Shown piece after piece: positions 1-8,701 of a stretch of DNA of 32,000 bases; positions within the stretch are counted from its first letter, which is position 1; each line of letters begins with the position of its first letter. Source of the DNA: Methanocaldococcus jannaschii DSM 2661 (GTDB lineage Archaea; AGJL01; Methanococci; Methanococcales; Methanocaldococcaceae). Location: NCBI RefSeq assembly GCF_000091665.1, contig NC_000909.1, forward strand, positions 443,581-475,580. The letters run 5' to 3'. The translations under genes and the position numbers were made by a program. The notes beneath the pieces were generated by a model. The model made no database searches. It was not told the DNA's origin and saw only the letters and a program-made list of their open reading frames with translations.

Positions 1-1
1 A

Positions 2-868
2 AAATTAGATGGAACTGCACCAATAATAGTTAAAAGTGGGAAAATTTATGGAAATGTGGTAAAGATTAGAGGAGACATTAGCTCTCAGTTTATAACCTCT
101 TTGATGATGCTCCTTCCATTTAATAAAGAAGATACTGAGATAATTCTAACCTCACCACTAAAATCAAAGCCATATATTGATATAACATTGGATATATTAA
201 ATAAATTTGGAATAAAGATTGATAAAACTGATAACGGCTTTTTAGTCTATGGAAATCAGAAGTATAAACCAATAGATTATATTGTTGAGGGAGATTATTC
301 TTCAGCTTCATACTTAATAGCTGCTGGAGTTTTAATAAACTCAAATATAACTATTGAAAACCTATTTGCCAACTCAAAGCAAGGAGATAAAGCTATAATC
401 AATATTGTCAAAGAGATGGGAGCAGATATTAAAGTTAAAAAAGATAAAGTAATTATTGAAGGAGAATACAGCTTAAAAGGAATAGATGTTGATGTTAAAG
501 ATATTCCAGATTTAGTCCCAACAATTGCAGTTCTTGGATGCTTTGCAGAAGGAAAGACTGAGATTTACAATGGAGAACATGTTAGATTAAAGGAGTGCGA
601 TAGATTAAGAGCTTGTGCTGTTGAATTAAAAAAGATGGGTGCTGATATTGAAGAGAAACCAGATGGTTTAATTATAAGAGGAGTTAAAAAGCTAAAGGGG
701 GCTAAGCTAAACACCTATCACGACCATAGATTGGTTATGGCATTTACTATAGCTGGTTTAAAGGCAGAAGGAGAAACAATTATTGAAGGAGAGGAGGCCG
801 TTAAAATCTCTTTCCCAAACTTTGTTGATGTTATGAAGAGCTTAGGGGCTAATATAGAGGTAAAATAA
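2..868 (+). CDS. aroA: 3-phosphoshikimate 1-carboxyvinyltransferase (EPSP synthase), N-terminus upstream of window
   Basis: The frame is open from position 2 (KLDGTAPIIVKSGKIYGNVVKIRGDISSQFITSLMML...), and the ORF track covers 56..868. C-terminal motifs such as DHRLVMAF and GETIIEG are typical of EPSP synthases. Confidence 0.9.
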   Translation, partial: KLDGTAPIIVKSGKIYGNVVKIRGDISSQFITSLMMLLPFNKEDTEIILTSPLKSKPYIDITLDILNKFGIKIDKTDNGFLVYGNQKYKPIDYIVEGDYSSASYLIAAGVLINSNITIENLFANSKQGDKAIINIVKEMGADIKVKKDKVIIEGEYSLKGIDVDVKDIPDLVPTIAVLGCFAEGKTEIYNGEHVRLKECDRLRACAVELKKMGADIEEKPDGLIIRGVKKLKGAKLNTYHDHRLVMAFTIAGLKAEGETIIEGEEAVKISFPNFVDVMKSLGANIEVK

Positions 869-976
869 AAAGTAAGTGAATAAATCAATCTCTTCATATT
901 GATATTTTGATTAAAAAATAATAAAAAAATTTATACAGGTAATAACAACTCTATGACAAAAGTGCTGGTGATGTTT

Positions 977-2173
977 ATGGATTTCTTATTTGAGAACAGC
1001 TGGAAAGCAGTTTGTCCCTACAATCCAAAGTTGGATTTAAAGGACATTTATATTTATGACACAACCCTAAGAGATGGAGAGCAAACCCCAGGAGTTTGCT
1101 TTACCAAAGAACAAAAATTGGAGATTGCAAGGAAGTTGGATGAACTTGGATTAAAGCAGATTGAAGCTGGCTTCCCAATAGTATCTGAAAGAGAAGCAGA
1201 TATAGTTAAAACAATTGCTAATGAAGGGCTAAATGCTGATATCTTAGCTTTATGCAGGGCTTTAAAGAAAGATATAGATAAAGCAATAGAGTGCGATGTA
1301 GATGGGATTATTACCTTCATAGCAACATCTCCTCTCCACTTAAAATATAAATTCAACAACAAAAGCTTAGATGAAATATTAGAGATGGGAGTTGAGGCAG
1401 TTGAGTATGCAAAGGAACATGGCTTATTTGTTGCTTTCTCTGCAGAGGATGCGACAAGAACACCAATAGAGGACTTGATTAAAGTGCATAAAGCCGCTGA
1501 AGAGGCTGGAGCAGATAGGGTTCATATAGCAGACACAACTGGCTGTGCTACCCCCCAAAGTATGGAGTTTATATGTAAAACATTGAAGGAGAACTTAAAA
1601 AAGGCACATATTGGAGTGCATTGTCACAACGACTTTGGATTTGCAGTTATAAATTCAATATATGGTTTAATTGGAGGAGCTAAGGCAGTTTCAACAACAG
1701 TTAATGGTATTGGAGAGAGGGCAGGGAATGCAGCTTTAGAAGAGCTAATTATGGCTTTAACTGTCTTGTATGATGTTGATTTGGGATTAAACTTGGAGGT
1801 TCTTCCAGAGTTATGCAGAATGGTTGAGGAATACTCTGGAATAAAGATGCCAAAGAACAAACCAATAGTTGGAGAGCTTGTATTTGCTCATGAAAGTGGA
1901 ATTCACGTTGATGCTGTCATAGAGAATCCATTAACCTATGAACCCTTCCTTCCAGAGAAAATAGGGCTTAAGAGAAATATTTTGTTAGGGAAGCATTCTG
2001 GATGCAGAGCCGTTGCCTATAAGCTAAAACTTATGGGAATTGATTACGATAGAGAGATGTTGTGCGAGATTGTTAAAAAGGTTAAAGAGATTAGAGAGGA
2101 AGGTAAATTTATAACTGATGAAGTCTTTAAGGAGATTGTTGAAGAAGTTTTAAGGAAGAGAAATAAAAATTAA
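977..2173 (+). CDS. aksA: homocitrate synthase (short isopropylmalate/homocitrate/citramalate synthase family member)
   Basis: DTTLRDGEQ and HCHNDFG motifs of the DRE-TIM metallolyase family. At about 400 aa it lacks a LeuA-type regulatory domain, as in methanogen AksA. The ORF opens at 953, but GGTGAT at 967-972 favours ATG 977, and the TATA-like ATTTATAC at 929-936 is too close to 953. Confidence 0.8.
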   Translation: MDFLFENSWKAVCPYNPKLDLKDIYIYDTTLRDGEQTPGVCFTKEQKLEIARKLDELGLKQIEAGFPIVSEREADIVKTIANEGLNADILALCRALKKDIDKAIECDVDGIITFIATSPLHLKYKFNNKSLDEILEMGVEAVEYAKEHGLFVAFSAEDATRTPIEDLIKVHKAAEEAGADRVHIADTTGCATPQSMEFICKTLKENLKKAHIGVHCHNDFGFAVINSIYGLIGGAKAVSTTVNGIGERAGNAALEELIMALTVLYDVDLGLNLEVLPELCRMVEEYSGIKMPKNKPIVGELVFAHESGIHVDAVIENPLTYEPFLPEKIGLKRNILLGKHSGCRAVAYKLKLMGIDYDREMLCEIVKKVKEIREEGKFITDEVFKEIVEEVLRKRNKN

Positions 2174-2203
2174 CAAATAAAATTATCATGGAGGGAAGGA
2201 ATA

Positions 2204-2794
2204 ATGAAACTCTTTGACTATCCAGGAATTCAAAATACAGATGAGACATTAAAAATAGCTGTTGAGAGGGCTAAGAAGGGAGATATTAAAAGTATAGTTG
2301 TAGCTTCATCTACTGGATACACTGCTAAAAAATTGCTTGATTTGTTGGAGAAAGAGGGATTAGATTTAAATGTTGTTGTAGTTACATATCATCAAGGATT
2401 CCATGGAGAGGATACAATATCAATGGATAAAGAGGTTGAGGAAGAGCTAAAGAAAAGAGGAGCTAAGGTATTTAGAGGCAGTCATGCATTAAGTGGAGTT
2501 GAGAGAGGAATTTCAAATAAATTAGGTGGTTATGGTCCTGTTCAAGTTATTGCTGAGACATTAAGAACATTTGGACAGGGAGTTAAGGTTTGCTATGAAA
2601 TCACAATTATGGCATGTGATGCTGGTTTGATAAAGGCTAAAGAAGAGGTTATAGCCATTGGAGGAACAGGTAGAGGGGCAGATACAGCGATGGTTATAAA
2701 GCCAGCTAATATGAATACTTTCTTCAACATAGAGGCAAGAGAGATTTTATGCATGCCAAGAATTAAAAAGAAAGTGAAAGAAGATGATGAATAA
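2204..2794 (+). CDS. conserved hypothetical protein, resembling stand-alone pyruvate-kinase C-terminal (alpha/beta) domain proteins
   Basis: 196-aa ORF with a GGAGGGAAGG SD before the ATG and codon usage like its neighbours. The functional assignment rests only on remembered family resemblance. Confidence 0.6.
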   Translation: MKLFDYPGIQNTDETLKIAVERAKKGDIKSIVVASSTGYTAKKLLDLLEKEGLDLNVVVVTYHQGFHGEDTISMDKEVEEELKKRGAKVFRGSHALSGVERGISNKLGGYGPVQVIAETLRTFGQGVKVCYEITIMACDAGLIKAKEEVIAIGGTGRGADTAMVIKPANMNTFFNIEAREILCMPRIKKKVKEDDE

Positions 2795-3539
2795 ATTTAA
2801 ATATTTGTTATTTCTTGTTGTATTTGCAGTATTTTTCTTAACATTTGCTTTTTTTGACAACAGTAGTAAAAGTCATCAGGATGATGATGAACAAAAACCA
2901 ATAATTTTAATTCATGATGTCTCACCAGTGTATTTTAAAGAACTAAAGGAAATAGTAAAAATTATAGATAAATATCATTATCAAAATAGGAGCTATCTTT
3001 TTTTAATTGTCAATCATGCAAATAAATATAATTTAAAAAATTATCCTGAATTTGTAGATTATCTCCATAAATTAGAAAAAGAAGGTTACCATATAGAGTT
3101 CCACGCCTATAATCATATAGATGATGAGTTCAACTGTAACAAAACTGTGGCAGAGGAAAAATTAAATAAATCATTTAAAATTTTAGAGGAATGTGGTTTT
3201 AATCCTAAAAAAATAAAATATTTTATTCCACCAAGATATAAATTGTCAGAAGATGCTGAAAAACTGTTTTTAGGGAGAAATATTACAATAATCCTTGAAA
3301 ATAAAATGATAACAGAAAAAGATGGGAAAATAGTTGAAATTAGTATTACAAACAGAGAATATACTTGGTATCTTCCAAAACCATTAGTAAAAGTGGCTGA
3401 AAAAATAGCAACAACTGATTATAAATTAAGTATAAAAGAAAATAGAAAGTTTTTTCTCTCAATTCATCCAAAGGCAGTTAATTATGGCAGTGGATTAGAG
3501 TTTTTAGATTATTTCTTAAATGAAACGTCAAAAAATTAA
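2784..3539 (+). CDS. membrane-anchored hypothetical protein, DUF2334 / polysaccharide-deacetylase-like
   Basis: N-terminal TM helix ([18 protein letters not shown]) followed by a [10 protein letters not shown] motif reminiscent of DUF2334. It overlaps the upstream gene by 11 nt. Confidence 0.6.
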   Translation: MMNKFKYLLFLVVFAVFFLTFAFFDNSSKSHQDDDEQKPIILIHDVSPVYFKELKEIVKIIDKYHYQNRSYLFLIVNHANKYNLKNYPEFVDYLHKLEKEGYHIEFHAYNHIDDEFNCNKTVAEEKLNKSFKILEECGFNPKKIKYFIPPRYKLSEDAEKLFLGRNITIILENKMITEKDGKIVEISITNREYTWYLPKPLVKVAEKIATTDYKLSIKENRKFFLSIHPKAVNYGSGLEFLDYFLNETSKN

Positions 3540-4136
3540 TTATAACAACTCAACAAAATTTTCTATAATCTTTAAACCAATTTTTCCACTTTTTTCTGGG
3601 TGGAATTGGGTGGCAAAGACATTATCTTTGTTTATAACGCTTGGAAACTCTCTTCCATATTCAGTTTTTCCAACTATACAATCTTCATCTGGATTTACAT
3701 GATATGAATGAACAAAGTAAAAGTAACTATTGTTTTTTATTCCTTCAAACAGTGGGCAATCTTTAACTATTTTTACACTATTCCAGCCCATATGTGGAAG
3801 TTTTTCAACATCCTTAAACTTGATTACATTGCCTTTTATTATCCCTAAACCTTTGATTCCTCTTTTCTCTTCGCTCTCTTCAAATAAAATCTGCATTCCT
3901 AAACATATTCCTAAGAATGGAACTCTATCATCAACAATTTTGTATATTGTCTCTTTTAATGGAGCTAAATTTTCCATTGCACTACCAAAATTTCCTACAC
4001 CTGGTAGAATTATCTTATCACAAGCCAATAACTCCTCACTGTTGTTTGTTATTATTACCTTATCATAGAGTTCAACTGCCTTTTGAATACTTCTCAAATT
4101 CCCTGCGTTGTAATCAATTATTCCAATCATTTTCAT
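3540..4136 (-). CDS. hisH: imidazole glycerol phosphate synthase, glutamine amidotransferase subunit
   Basis: Class I GATase signature GICLGMQ (nucleophile Cys) and C-terminal QFHPEKS. Size is about 198 aa. Confidence 0.9.
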   Translation of the reverse strand: MKMIGIIDYNAGNLRSIQKAVELYDKVIITNNSEELLACDKIILPGVGNFGSAMENLAPLKETIYKIVDDRVPFLGICLGMQILFEESEEKRGIKGLGIIKGNVIKFKDVEKLPHMGWNSVKIVKDCPLFEGIKNNSYFYFVHSYHVNPDEDCIVGKTEYGREFPSVINKDNVFATQFHPEKSGKIGLKIIENFVELL

Positions 4137-4145
4137 CCCTAAAAT

Positions 4146-4688
4146 TTAGAGTTCTTGAACTTCTTTTATTGTATCTAAAATCTTCTTTAGAGCTCTTTTG
4201 GCATCTTCCTCACTCTTTAAACCAGTAATAACGACCTTACCACTACCAAATATTAAAACAACAACCTTCGGGTCATCCAACCTATAAACTAACCCTGGGA
4301 ATTGTTCTGGCTCATATTCAGTTCCTTCAACCATTAAGGCAATGTCATCTAAATTTGGCTCAATTCCTAAATCAGCTGTTGCGACCATATTTTGGATTTT
4401 AATTTCAGGGTTTTCAATAACATCAATTCCGGCATCTTTTAACTCTTTTATAATCTTTTTAATGGCTATTTCTGCCTCTTCTTTGCTCTTAGCTCCAGTA
4501 CAATTTACCTTTCCACTTCTAAATATTAATAAAGCAACTTTTGGCACTGATAATCTACAAACTAACCCTGGGAATTGTTCTGGCTCATATTCAGCATTTT
4601 CTAAAATCATAGCAACCTCTTCTAAATCAATATTGTCTCCAATTTTTGTTGAGACTACAACATTAACAATCTTAATTTCTGGTTCCAT
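4146..4688 (-). CDS. tbp: TATA-box binding protein
   Basis: Two internal TBP repeats, each ending in EQFPGLVCRL or EQFPGLVYRL, followed by ...IFRSGKVNCTGAKS in the first repeat and ...IFGSGKVVITGLKS in the second. The ORF-track start (GTG 4697) lies inside SD GGTGA, so ATG 4688 (MEPEIKIVN) is preferred. Confidence 0.93.
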   Translation of the reverse strand: MEPEIKIVNVVVSTKIGDNIDLEEVAMILENAEYEPEQFPGLVCRLSVPKVALLIFRSGKVNCTGAKSKEEAEIAIKKIIKELKDAGIDVIENPEIKIQNMVATADLGIEPNLDDIALMVEGTEYEPEQFPGLVYRLDDPKVVVLIFGSGKVVITGLKSEEDAKRALKKILDTIKEVQEL

Positions 4689-4719
4689 GATTTTCACCTA
4701 TTTAACAACTAACTTAGAT

Positions 4720-4765
4720 ATTATATAAAAACCCCATATATAAATACTTTATATATAAATACTTT
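4720..4765 (-). promoter_or_regulatory. tbp promoter region with three TATA-like boxes, two of them in a perfect 15-bp tandem repeat
   Basis: The minus strand reads AAAGTATTTATATAT twice (4765..4751 and 4750..4736), then TTTTTATATAAT (about 4731..4720). The proximal box lies about 34 nt upstream of ATG 4688. Confidence 0.45.
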
Positions 4766-4811
4766 TAAATATTACATAAAATTTGTATATTTAACTTAAT
4801 AAATGTAATAT

Positions 4812-4839
4812 TTAAAAATAAAAAAAGAAAGTAGAAAAT
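4812..4839 (-). terminator. oligo-T archaeal terminator after rpl12
   Basis: The minus strand immediately after stop 4842..4840 reads ATTTTCTACTTTCTTTTTTTATTTTTAAA, containing several T runs. Confidence 0.5.
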
Positions 4840-5148
4840 TTATCCGAATAAAGCTGCCAATCCAGCAACTGCAGCTGTATCTTCTTCCTTCTTCTCTTCT
4901 TTTTTCTCTTCTTCTTTCTTCTCTTCAGCAGCAGCTGCTGGAGCTGCAGCAGCTGGAGCAGCTGCAACAGGCATTGCAGCGTTTGCAATAGCTTCTTCAA
5001 TATCTACTCCTTCCAATCCAGCAACTAATGCTTTAACTCTTGCATCATCAACTTCTACACCAGCAGCTGATAAAACTGCCTTAATTGCATCTTCTGTGAT
5101 TTCTTTTCCTGCACTGTGCAATAATAAAGCTGCATATATGTATTCCAT
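4840..5148 (-). CDS. rpl12: 50S ribosomal stalk protein P1 (aL12)
   Basis: [19 protein letters not shown]... with an Ala-rich hinge and acidic [11 protein letters not shown]...LFG tail. SD GGAGGTG sits 6 nt before the ATG. Confidence 0.92.
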   Translation of the reverse strand: MEYIYAALLLHSAGKEITEDAIKAVLSAAGVEVDDARVKALVAGLEGVDIEEAIANAAMPVAAAPAAAAPAAAAEEKKEEEKKEEKKEEDTAAVAGLAALFG

Positions 5149-5258
5149 AATTTACACCTCCAAATGTTCTCCTTTGTGTTTTATTTATTTGTTTTAACCG
5201 TAATATCTAAACAATATTAATTTGAAGTAGAGTTTGCAATTCACTATTTATAATTAGT

Positions 5259-5274
5259 TATTTATATTTTTCGG
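5259..5274 (-). promoter_or_regulatory. possible internal BRE/TATA promoter ahead of rpl12
   Basis: The minus strand reads AACCGAAAAATATAAATA, overlapping the P0 stop. It shares the AACCGAAAA + TATA motif seen at 7156..7136 and 11375..11351. Confidence 0.35.
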
Positions 5275-6291
5275 TTAGAACAATAGGGCTAATCCAGCCG
5301 CTCCTGTATCTTCTTCTTTCTTCTCTTCCTCTTTTTTCTCTTCTTCTTTCTCTTCCTCAGCTGCTGGAGCAGCTGAAACTTCTACTGAGGACAACTTAGC
5401 TTTAATGTCTTCATCCAATGCTTCGTCAGGCAATTTTGAAGCTAAAGCTAATGCCTGAGCCTGAGCTTTCGCTAATATGTCTCCAGCTGTTTCTTTTGTT
5501 ACGAATGCTGTCTCTACTGATAAAGCTCTTGCGTTTATGAATGCCTTCTGTATTAAGAATGGCAATACTTCTTTTGCTGGATATGCTGTGTTAAATGCCA
5601 AGTTAAATGCGTTTTGGTATGCAGCTTGTATGTCAGCTAATAACTTCTCTTCATCAACCTTTAAGACATCTGGTGTGTAGATAATTCCATCTTCATAAAC
5701 AGCTAAGATATTTAAACCAACTTTTATTGGCTTGATTCCTAATCTGTCTAAGACAGCTGCCAATTTTGGTGAAACAACTTCTCCTTTTTTAACAACAACT
5801 TTATCTTCTTTAATTGCAATTTTACCTTTTTCTATCGCAGCTGGAATACCAACACTTTTAAGCTCTCCTAAGAAAGGTCCTGGAGGCATTCCAGTTGAAC
5901 CTTTCTCAACTTTAATGTCACAAGGAGCTATTTGTCCTCCTCTTACAGGAGCAGGACTTTTGTTCTCTTCTAATAATTTGTATAACTTGAATGGGTTCAT
6001 GTCTGTAACTAATATAGCCGCCCCTCTCTCAACGTAGTTTGCTAACTCAGCTAATTTTGGATTGTTTAATTCTTCAGCAGCTTCTTTTAAAGCTCTTATA
6101 ATTAAGGTGTTTCTTGACATTCTTAATTTAACTTTGTCCCTGATTTTATCTCTAATCTCTTGCAATTGAGGGGCAGGAACGTCCATCATATCTACAATAG
6201 CCACTACAGGCTTACTTTTAATAAGCCCCTTGAGTGTTTTAACTTCTTCAATTTTCCATGGGGCTACGTGTGCTTTCACTTTTGTTTCCAT
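5275..6291 (-). CDS. rplP0: 50S ribosomal stalk protein P0 (uL10)
   Basis: [17 protein letters not shown]... with the same acidic [22 protein letters not shown] tail as P1. ATG 6291 is preferred over GTG 6306. Confidence 0.92.
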   Translation of the reverse strand: METKVKAHVAPWKIEEVKTLKGLIKSKPVVAIVDMMDVPAPQLQEIRDKIRDKVKLRMSRNTLIIRALKEAAEELNNPKLAELANYVERGAAILVTDMNPFKLYKLLEENKSPAPVRGGQIAPCDIKVEKGSTGMPPGPFLGELKSVGIPAAIEKGKIAIKEDKVVVKKGEVVSPKLAAVLDRLGIKPIKVGLNILAVYEDGIIYTPDVLKVDEEKLLADIQAAYQNAFNLAFNTAYPAKEVLPFLIQKAFINARALSVETAFVTKETAGDILAKAQAQALALASKLPDEALDEDIKAKLSSVEVSAAPAAEEEKEEEKKEEEKKEEDTGAAGLALLF

Positions 6292-6316
6292 TTCTATCCC
6301 CTTCACTTATTATTAT

Positions 6317-6982
6317 TTATTTTTTCTTAGCCTTCTCTTTCTTAACCTTTACAGCAGGACCCATGGTTAGCTTGACATAAGCATCTTTTATGTGGTAGAG
6401 ACCTTTTTCATACTTCTTAGCAACAACGTTTAAAACTGCCTCTATGTTATCAACTATCTGCTCATCTGTCATTTTTTCATTTCCAACTAACACTTGGAAG
6501 TATGGCTTATCTCTTGTGTTTATAACAACTGTTTTCTTTAATCTTTCAACTAATGGTTTTATGTTTGCGTTAGCTGGAACTGGTTTTGGCATCTTTCCTC
6601 TTGGCCCTAATATAACCCCCATATATCTACCAATTAATGGCATTAAATCTGCCTGTGCTATAAAGAAGTCATGGGCTTTAGCTATTTTTCTTAATTTTCT
6701 TTTGTTTTTACCTAATTCTTCAATTTCTTCTTTTCTAATAACAGTTAATCCTAATTCTTCTGCCTGTTTAGCTAAATCTCCAGTTCCAATAACTGCTATT
6801 TTAGCTTCTTTCCCTCTTCCATGAGGAAGCACTACTTCTGTTTTTATTCTGTTCTCTGGCTTCCTCATGTCAATCTCTTTGAGGGTTGCTATGAATTCAA
6901 ATGACTGTGTGAAGTTTCTCGGCTTCGCGAGTTCGCGAGCCTCCTTCACCGCTTGCAACAGTGCTTCTCTGTCCATAGTCAT
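6317..6982 (-). CDS. rpl1: 50S ribosomal protein L1 (uL1)
   Basis: [30 protein letters not shown]... is typical of L1. SD GGAGG lies immediately upstream of ATG 6982, and ATG 6976 is also possible. The ORF-track start at 7015 is probably spurious. Confidence 0.92.
   Translation of the reverse strand: MTMDREALLQAVKEARELAKPRNFTQSFEFIATLKEIDMRKPENRIKTEVVLPHGRGKEAKIAVIGTGDLAKQAEELGLTVIRKEEIEELGKNKRKLRKIAKAHDFFIAQADLMPLIGRYMGVILGPRGKMPKPVPANANIKPLVERLKKTVVINTRDKPYFQVLVGNEKMTDEQIVDNIEAVLNVVAKKYEKGLYHIKDAYVKLTMGPAVKVKKEKAKKK
6909..6949 (-). promoter_or_regulatory. L1 autoregulatory mRNA structure (mimic of the 23S rRNA L1 binding site) inside the 5' end of rpl1
   Basis: The RNA sense strand reads GUGAAGGAGGCUCGCGAACUCGCGAAGCCGAGAAACUUCAC. 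This is an unusually GC-rich helix-loop-helix about 30 nt downstream of the start. It matches my recollection of the Methanococcus L1 mRNA operator fragment. Confidence 0.7.
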
Positions 6983-7135
6983 CCTCCTTTCTTTTTTATA
7001 TTTAACAAAAAGCATCCATATTATATGGTATCTGATATAAATATTTTACTTAAAAAAGATGAGGCTATTTTATAAATCTTTAATAGCAAATTTCAGGAAA
7101 TTTTGAAAAATTTTATATTGCTAAGATATCAGAAA

Positions 7136-7156
7136 CCATATATAAAATTTTCGGTT
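7136..7156 (-). promoter_or_regulatory. BRE/TATA promoter candidate for the L1-P0-P1 operon
   Basis: The minus strand reads AACCGAAAATTTTATATATGG (a purine-rich BRE-like CCGAAA followed by TTTTATATAT). A second TATA-like box (ATTTATATC, 7042..7034) lies closer to the gene. Confidence 0.5.
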
Positions 7157-7185
7157 GAGTGAAAATGAGAATTAAATAGTAGAAT

Positions 7186-7507
7186 AAAGTCTCAAAATCC
7201 GTAGATTTTATAAGATTATAGGAAAATAATTCTATTCTGACTTTATATAGTAAATTCAACTGGCTAAAATAGTTTTATTTTCTATGAAGCTAATTTTATC
7301 TCTATATGCTAAATAAACAAAAAAGCTTCAGAAGTTGAGTTTCATTCCCTTAGAGTCTGATTTTGGTATCTATCTAAATAAGATTTCTTGAAAAGTGTGC
7401 TTTGATAAAGTTTTCATCCCAAATCGCTGATTTTAATATAGTAGATATTGAGTGGAATATACAAAAAGAAAAAAAGATATTTCATTTCGAATGGGTCTGA
7501 TTTTAAT
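7186..7507 (-). CRISPR. decayed CRISPR remnant (about 6 degenerate 29-30 nt repeats)
   Basis: Plus-strand repeats are at 7479-7507 ATTTCATTTCGAATGGGTCTGATTTTAAT, 7409-7437 AGTTTTCATCCCAAATCGCTGATTTTAAT, 7338-7367 AGTTTCATTCCCTTAGAGTCTGATTTTGGT and 7271-7300 AGTTTTATTTTCTATGAAGCTAATTTTATC. Weaker copies lie at about 7221-7249 and 7186-7214. Spacing is 67-71 bp for the best four, and decay increases leftwards. The reverse complement ends in ...GAAAT, so the array is oriented on the minus strand. Confidence 0.5.
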
Positions 7508-7700
7508 CATTCAACGAGACAAACCACAAACCATAATAACAAAAATTAAAAACCCAACTGCCCAAAATTATCAACAGACACAATATAAATATAATACATA
7601 TTTTATCACCCTATCAATGTAAATATGCATGCTAACAGAATGATGCACATAACTTCTTAATTGAGTATTTGTCTTTTCAGCCACAATTCTCCTAAATTAA

Positions 7701-7863
7701 TTAGTGTGGTACTTTAATAATACCTTCTTTTTGTAAACATCTTTTTACTGTATTAAAATCTCTGCCAATCCTTTTCCTTATTTGATTAATGTTATAACCT
7801 TCGTTATACAATTTTATTATTTCATTCCTTTCTTTGTCTGTTAAGTAGTTCACTCTTTTTCAT
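7701..7863 (-). CDS. small helix-turn-helix ORF, possibly a remnant N-terminal domain
   Basis: From GTG 7853 the translation is VNYLTDKERNEIIKLYNEGYNINQIRKRIGRDFNTVKRCLQKEGIIKVPH (50 aa). The ATG at 7863 is one frame off, suggesting a possible slip in an AAAAAG run. It is below the ORF-track size cutoff. Confidence 0.4.
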
Positions 7864-7898
7864 ATTACATACAATATACATTTTGTCGTATTTTCTTT

Positions 7899-8695
7899 TT
7901 ATTGAAGTTCCAATTTTTCTCTGAAATCGTTAAAACTATGTGGTTTTATAAATATTTTCCAAACATCCCTTTGATTTTCGTTTTTTCGTTTCCTGAATTC
8001 TAATCTATATTGTATATCTAAACTTTCTAAAAATTTAAAACACAAATCTATTAGTTTCTCGTTAGTATTGGAAATATGGATAAATGCACTTTTTGAATTT
8101 CCTCTTTTACTATTATTATTTACTATATAATTATTTCGACGCATCCTTCACTGTCGAACATCCCTTTCAAAAACATTGCTATATAATCATGATTACTTTT
8201 GAACATTTTTATGTAACCTTCATATTTGTCCAAATTCCAGTACCAATCGTAGAAGTATTTTGAGTATGCTCTAACAACATATTAGTTTTTTCTCCCTCCA
8301 TTATCATACTTAATAGTAGACCTTTGAATTTTTGTAAGGCCTATATTTCTAAGATGACGTTCAAACTCATCGACAAAATCTTTATCTATTGCATTCAGAT
8401 TAATATAGTGATGTCTACTGTTTTTATTTTTAGTAACACATCCATCTCCTTCTATTACTCTAAGATATATGCTAAACTTTCAGAAGGTTCAAGATTTAGT
8501 TTTAGTCCGTTTCTAATAACCCTACTTTCGTTATACTGTCTCAGGACTATATTTCTTTTTTTTCAAATGATATCTTACTGTCTCATGATGTAATCCAAAA
8601 TAATTTGCTATTTCCGAAATAGATCACTTCTCGTCTAAATATAATCTGATAAATTCATTAATCATTCTGTCACTTACCTTTTTCCTAACACCCAT
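7899..8695 (-). pseudogene. disrupted HTH + double-motif LAGLIDADG homing-endonuclease-like gene
   Basis: My own translation gives MGVRKKVSDRMINEFIRLYLDEK, then an in-frame TGA (8626..8624), then SISEIANYFGLHHETVRYHLKKK. A frameshift follows in an A8 run (about 8555). A 1-nt deletion interrupts LAGLIDADG motif 1, so that ...SLAYIL and VIEGDGCV fall in different frames. An in-frame TAA sits at 8284..8282. The second motif FLKGMFDSEGCV is followed by another frameshift (about 8140) into the ORF-track fragment 7899..8144. Confidence 0.7.
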
Positions 8696-8701
8696 TTTCA
8701 A

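Noticed and set aside
120-344. Numerous antisense or alternate-frame ORFs of 60-160 aa inside known genes. Examples: 120..344, 1054..1362, 1624..1860, 3520..3702, 3730..4068, 3917..4228, 4342..4728, 5477..5680, 5732..6037, 6444..6824, 9168..9395, 10910..11095, 11669..11956, 11983..12189, 12916..13182, 13543..13950, 13838..14041, 15163..15408, 21677..21934, 22012..22227, 22832..23317, 26072..26398, 28762..29106, 30653..31021, 31094..31402.
   Set aside because: Each lies fully within a convincingly homologous gene on the other strand or frame. Their translations are low-complexity and rich in S/L/F/I, as expected for the antisense of AT-rich coding sequence. None has an SD.
4812-5000. 62-aa ORF with an extremely basic [15 protein letters not shown] tract.
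   Set aside because: It is an alternate frame of the acidic EEKKEE tail and Ala-rich hinge of ribosomal protein P1, produced by the repeat composition.
7021-7144. A 17-19 bp inverted repeat (TTATATGGTATCTGATAT / ATATCAGAAACCATATATA) flanking about 85 bp upstream of rpl1, considered as a MITE.
   Set aside because: Both arms coincide with TATA-like promoter boxes that are themselves near-palindromic. There are no flanking duplications and no similarity to the module family, so tandem promoters are the more economical reading.
8324-8593. 89-aa plus-strand ORF in the rpl1-thyA island.
   Set aside because: It is antisense to the reconstructed HTH-LAGLIDADG pseudogene, has hydrophobic low-complexity translation and lacks an SD.
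8624-8626. In-frame TGA in the HTH-LAGLIDADG gene as a possible selenocysteine codon, since this lineage does use Sec.
   Set aside because: The same gene carries another in-frame stop and three frameshifts. The TGA sits in an HTH turn where no redox residue is expected.
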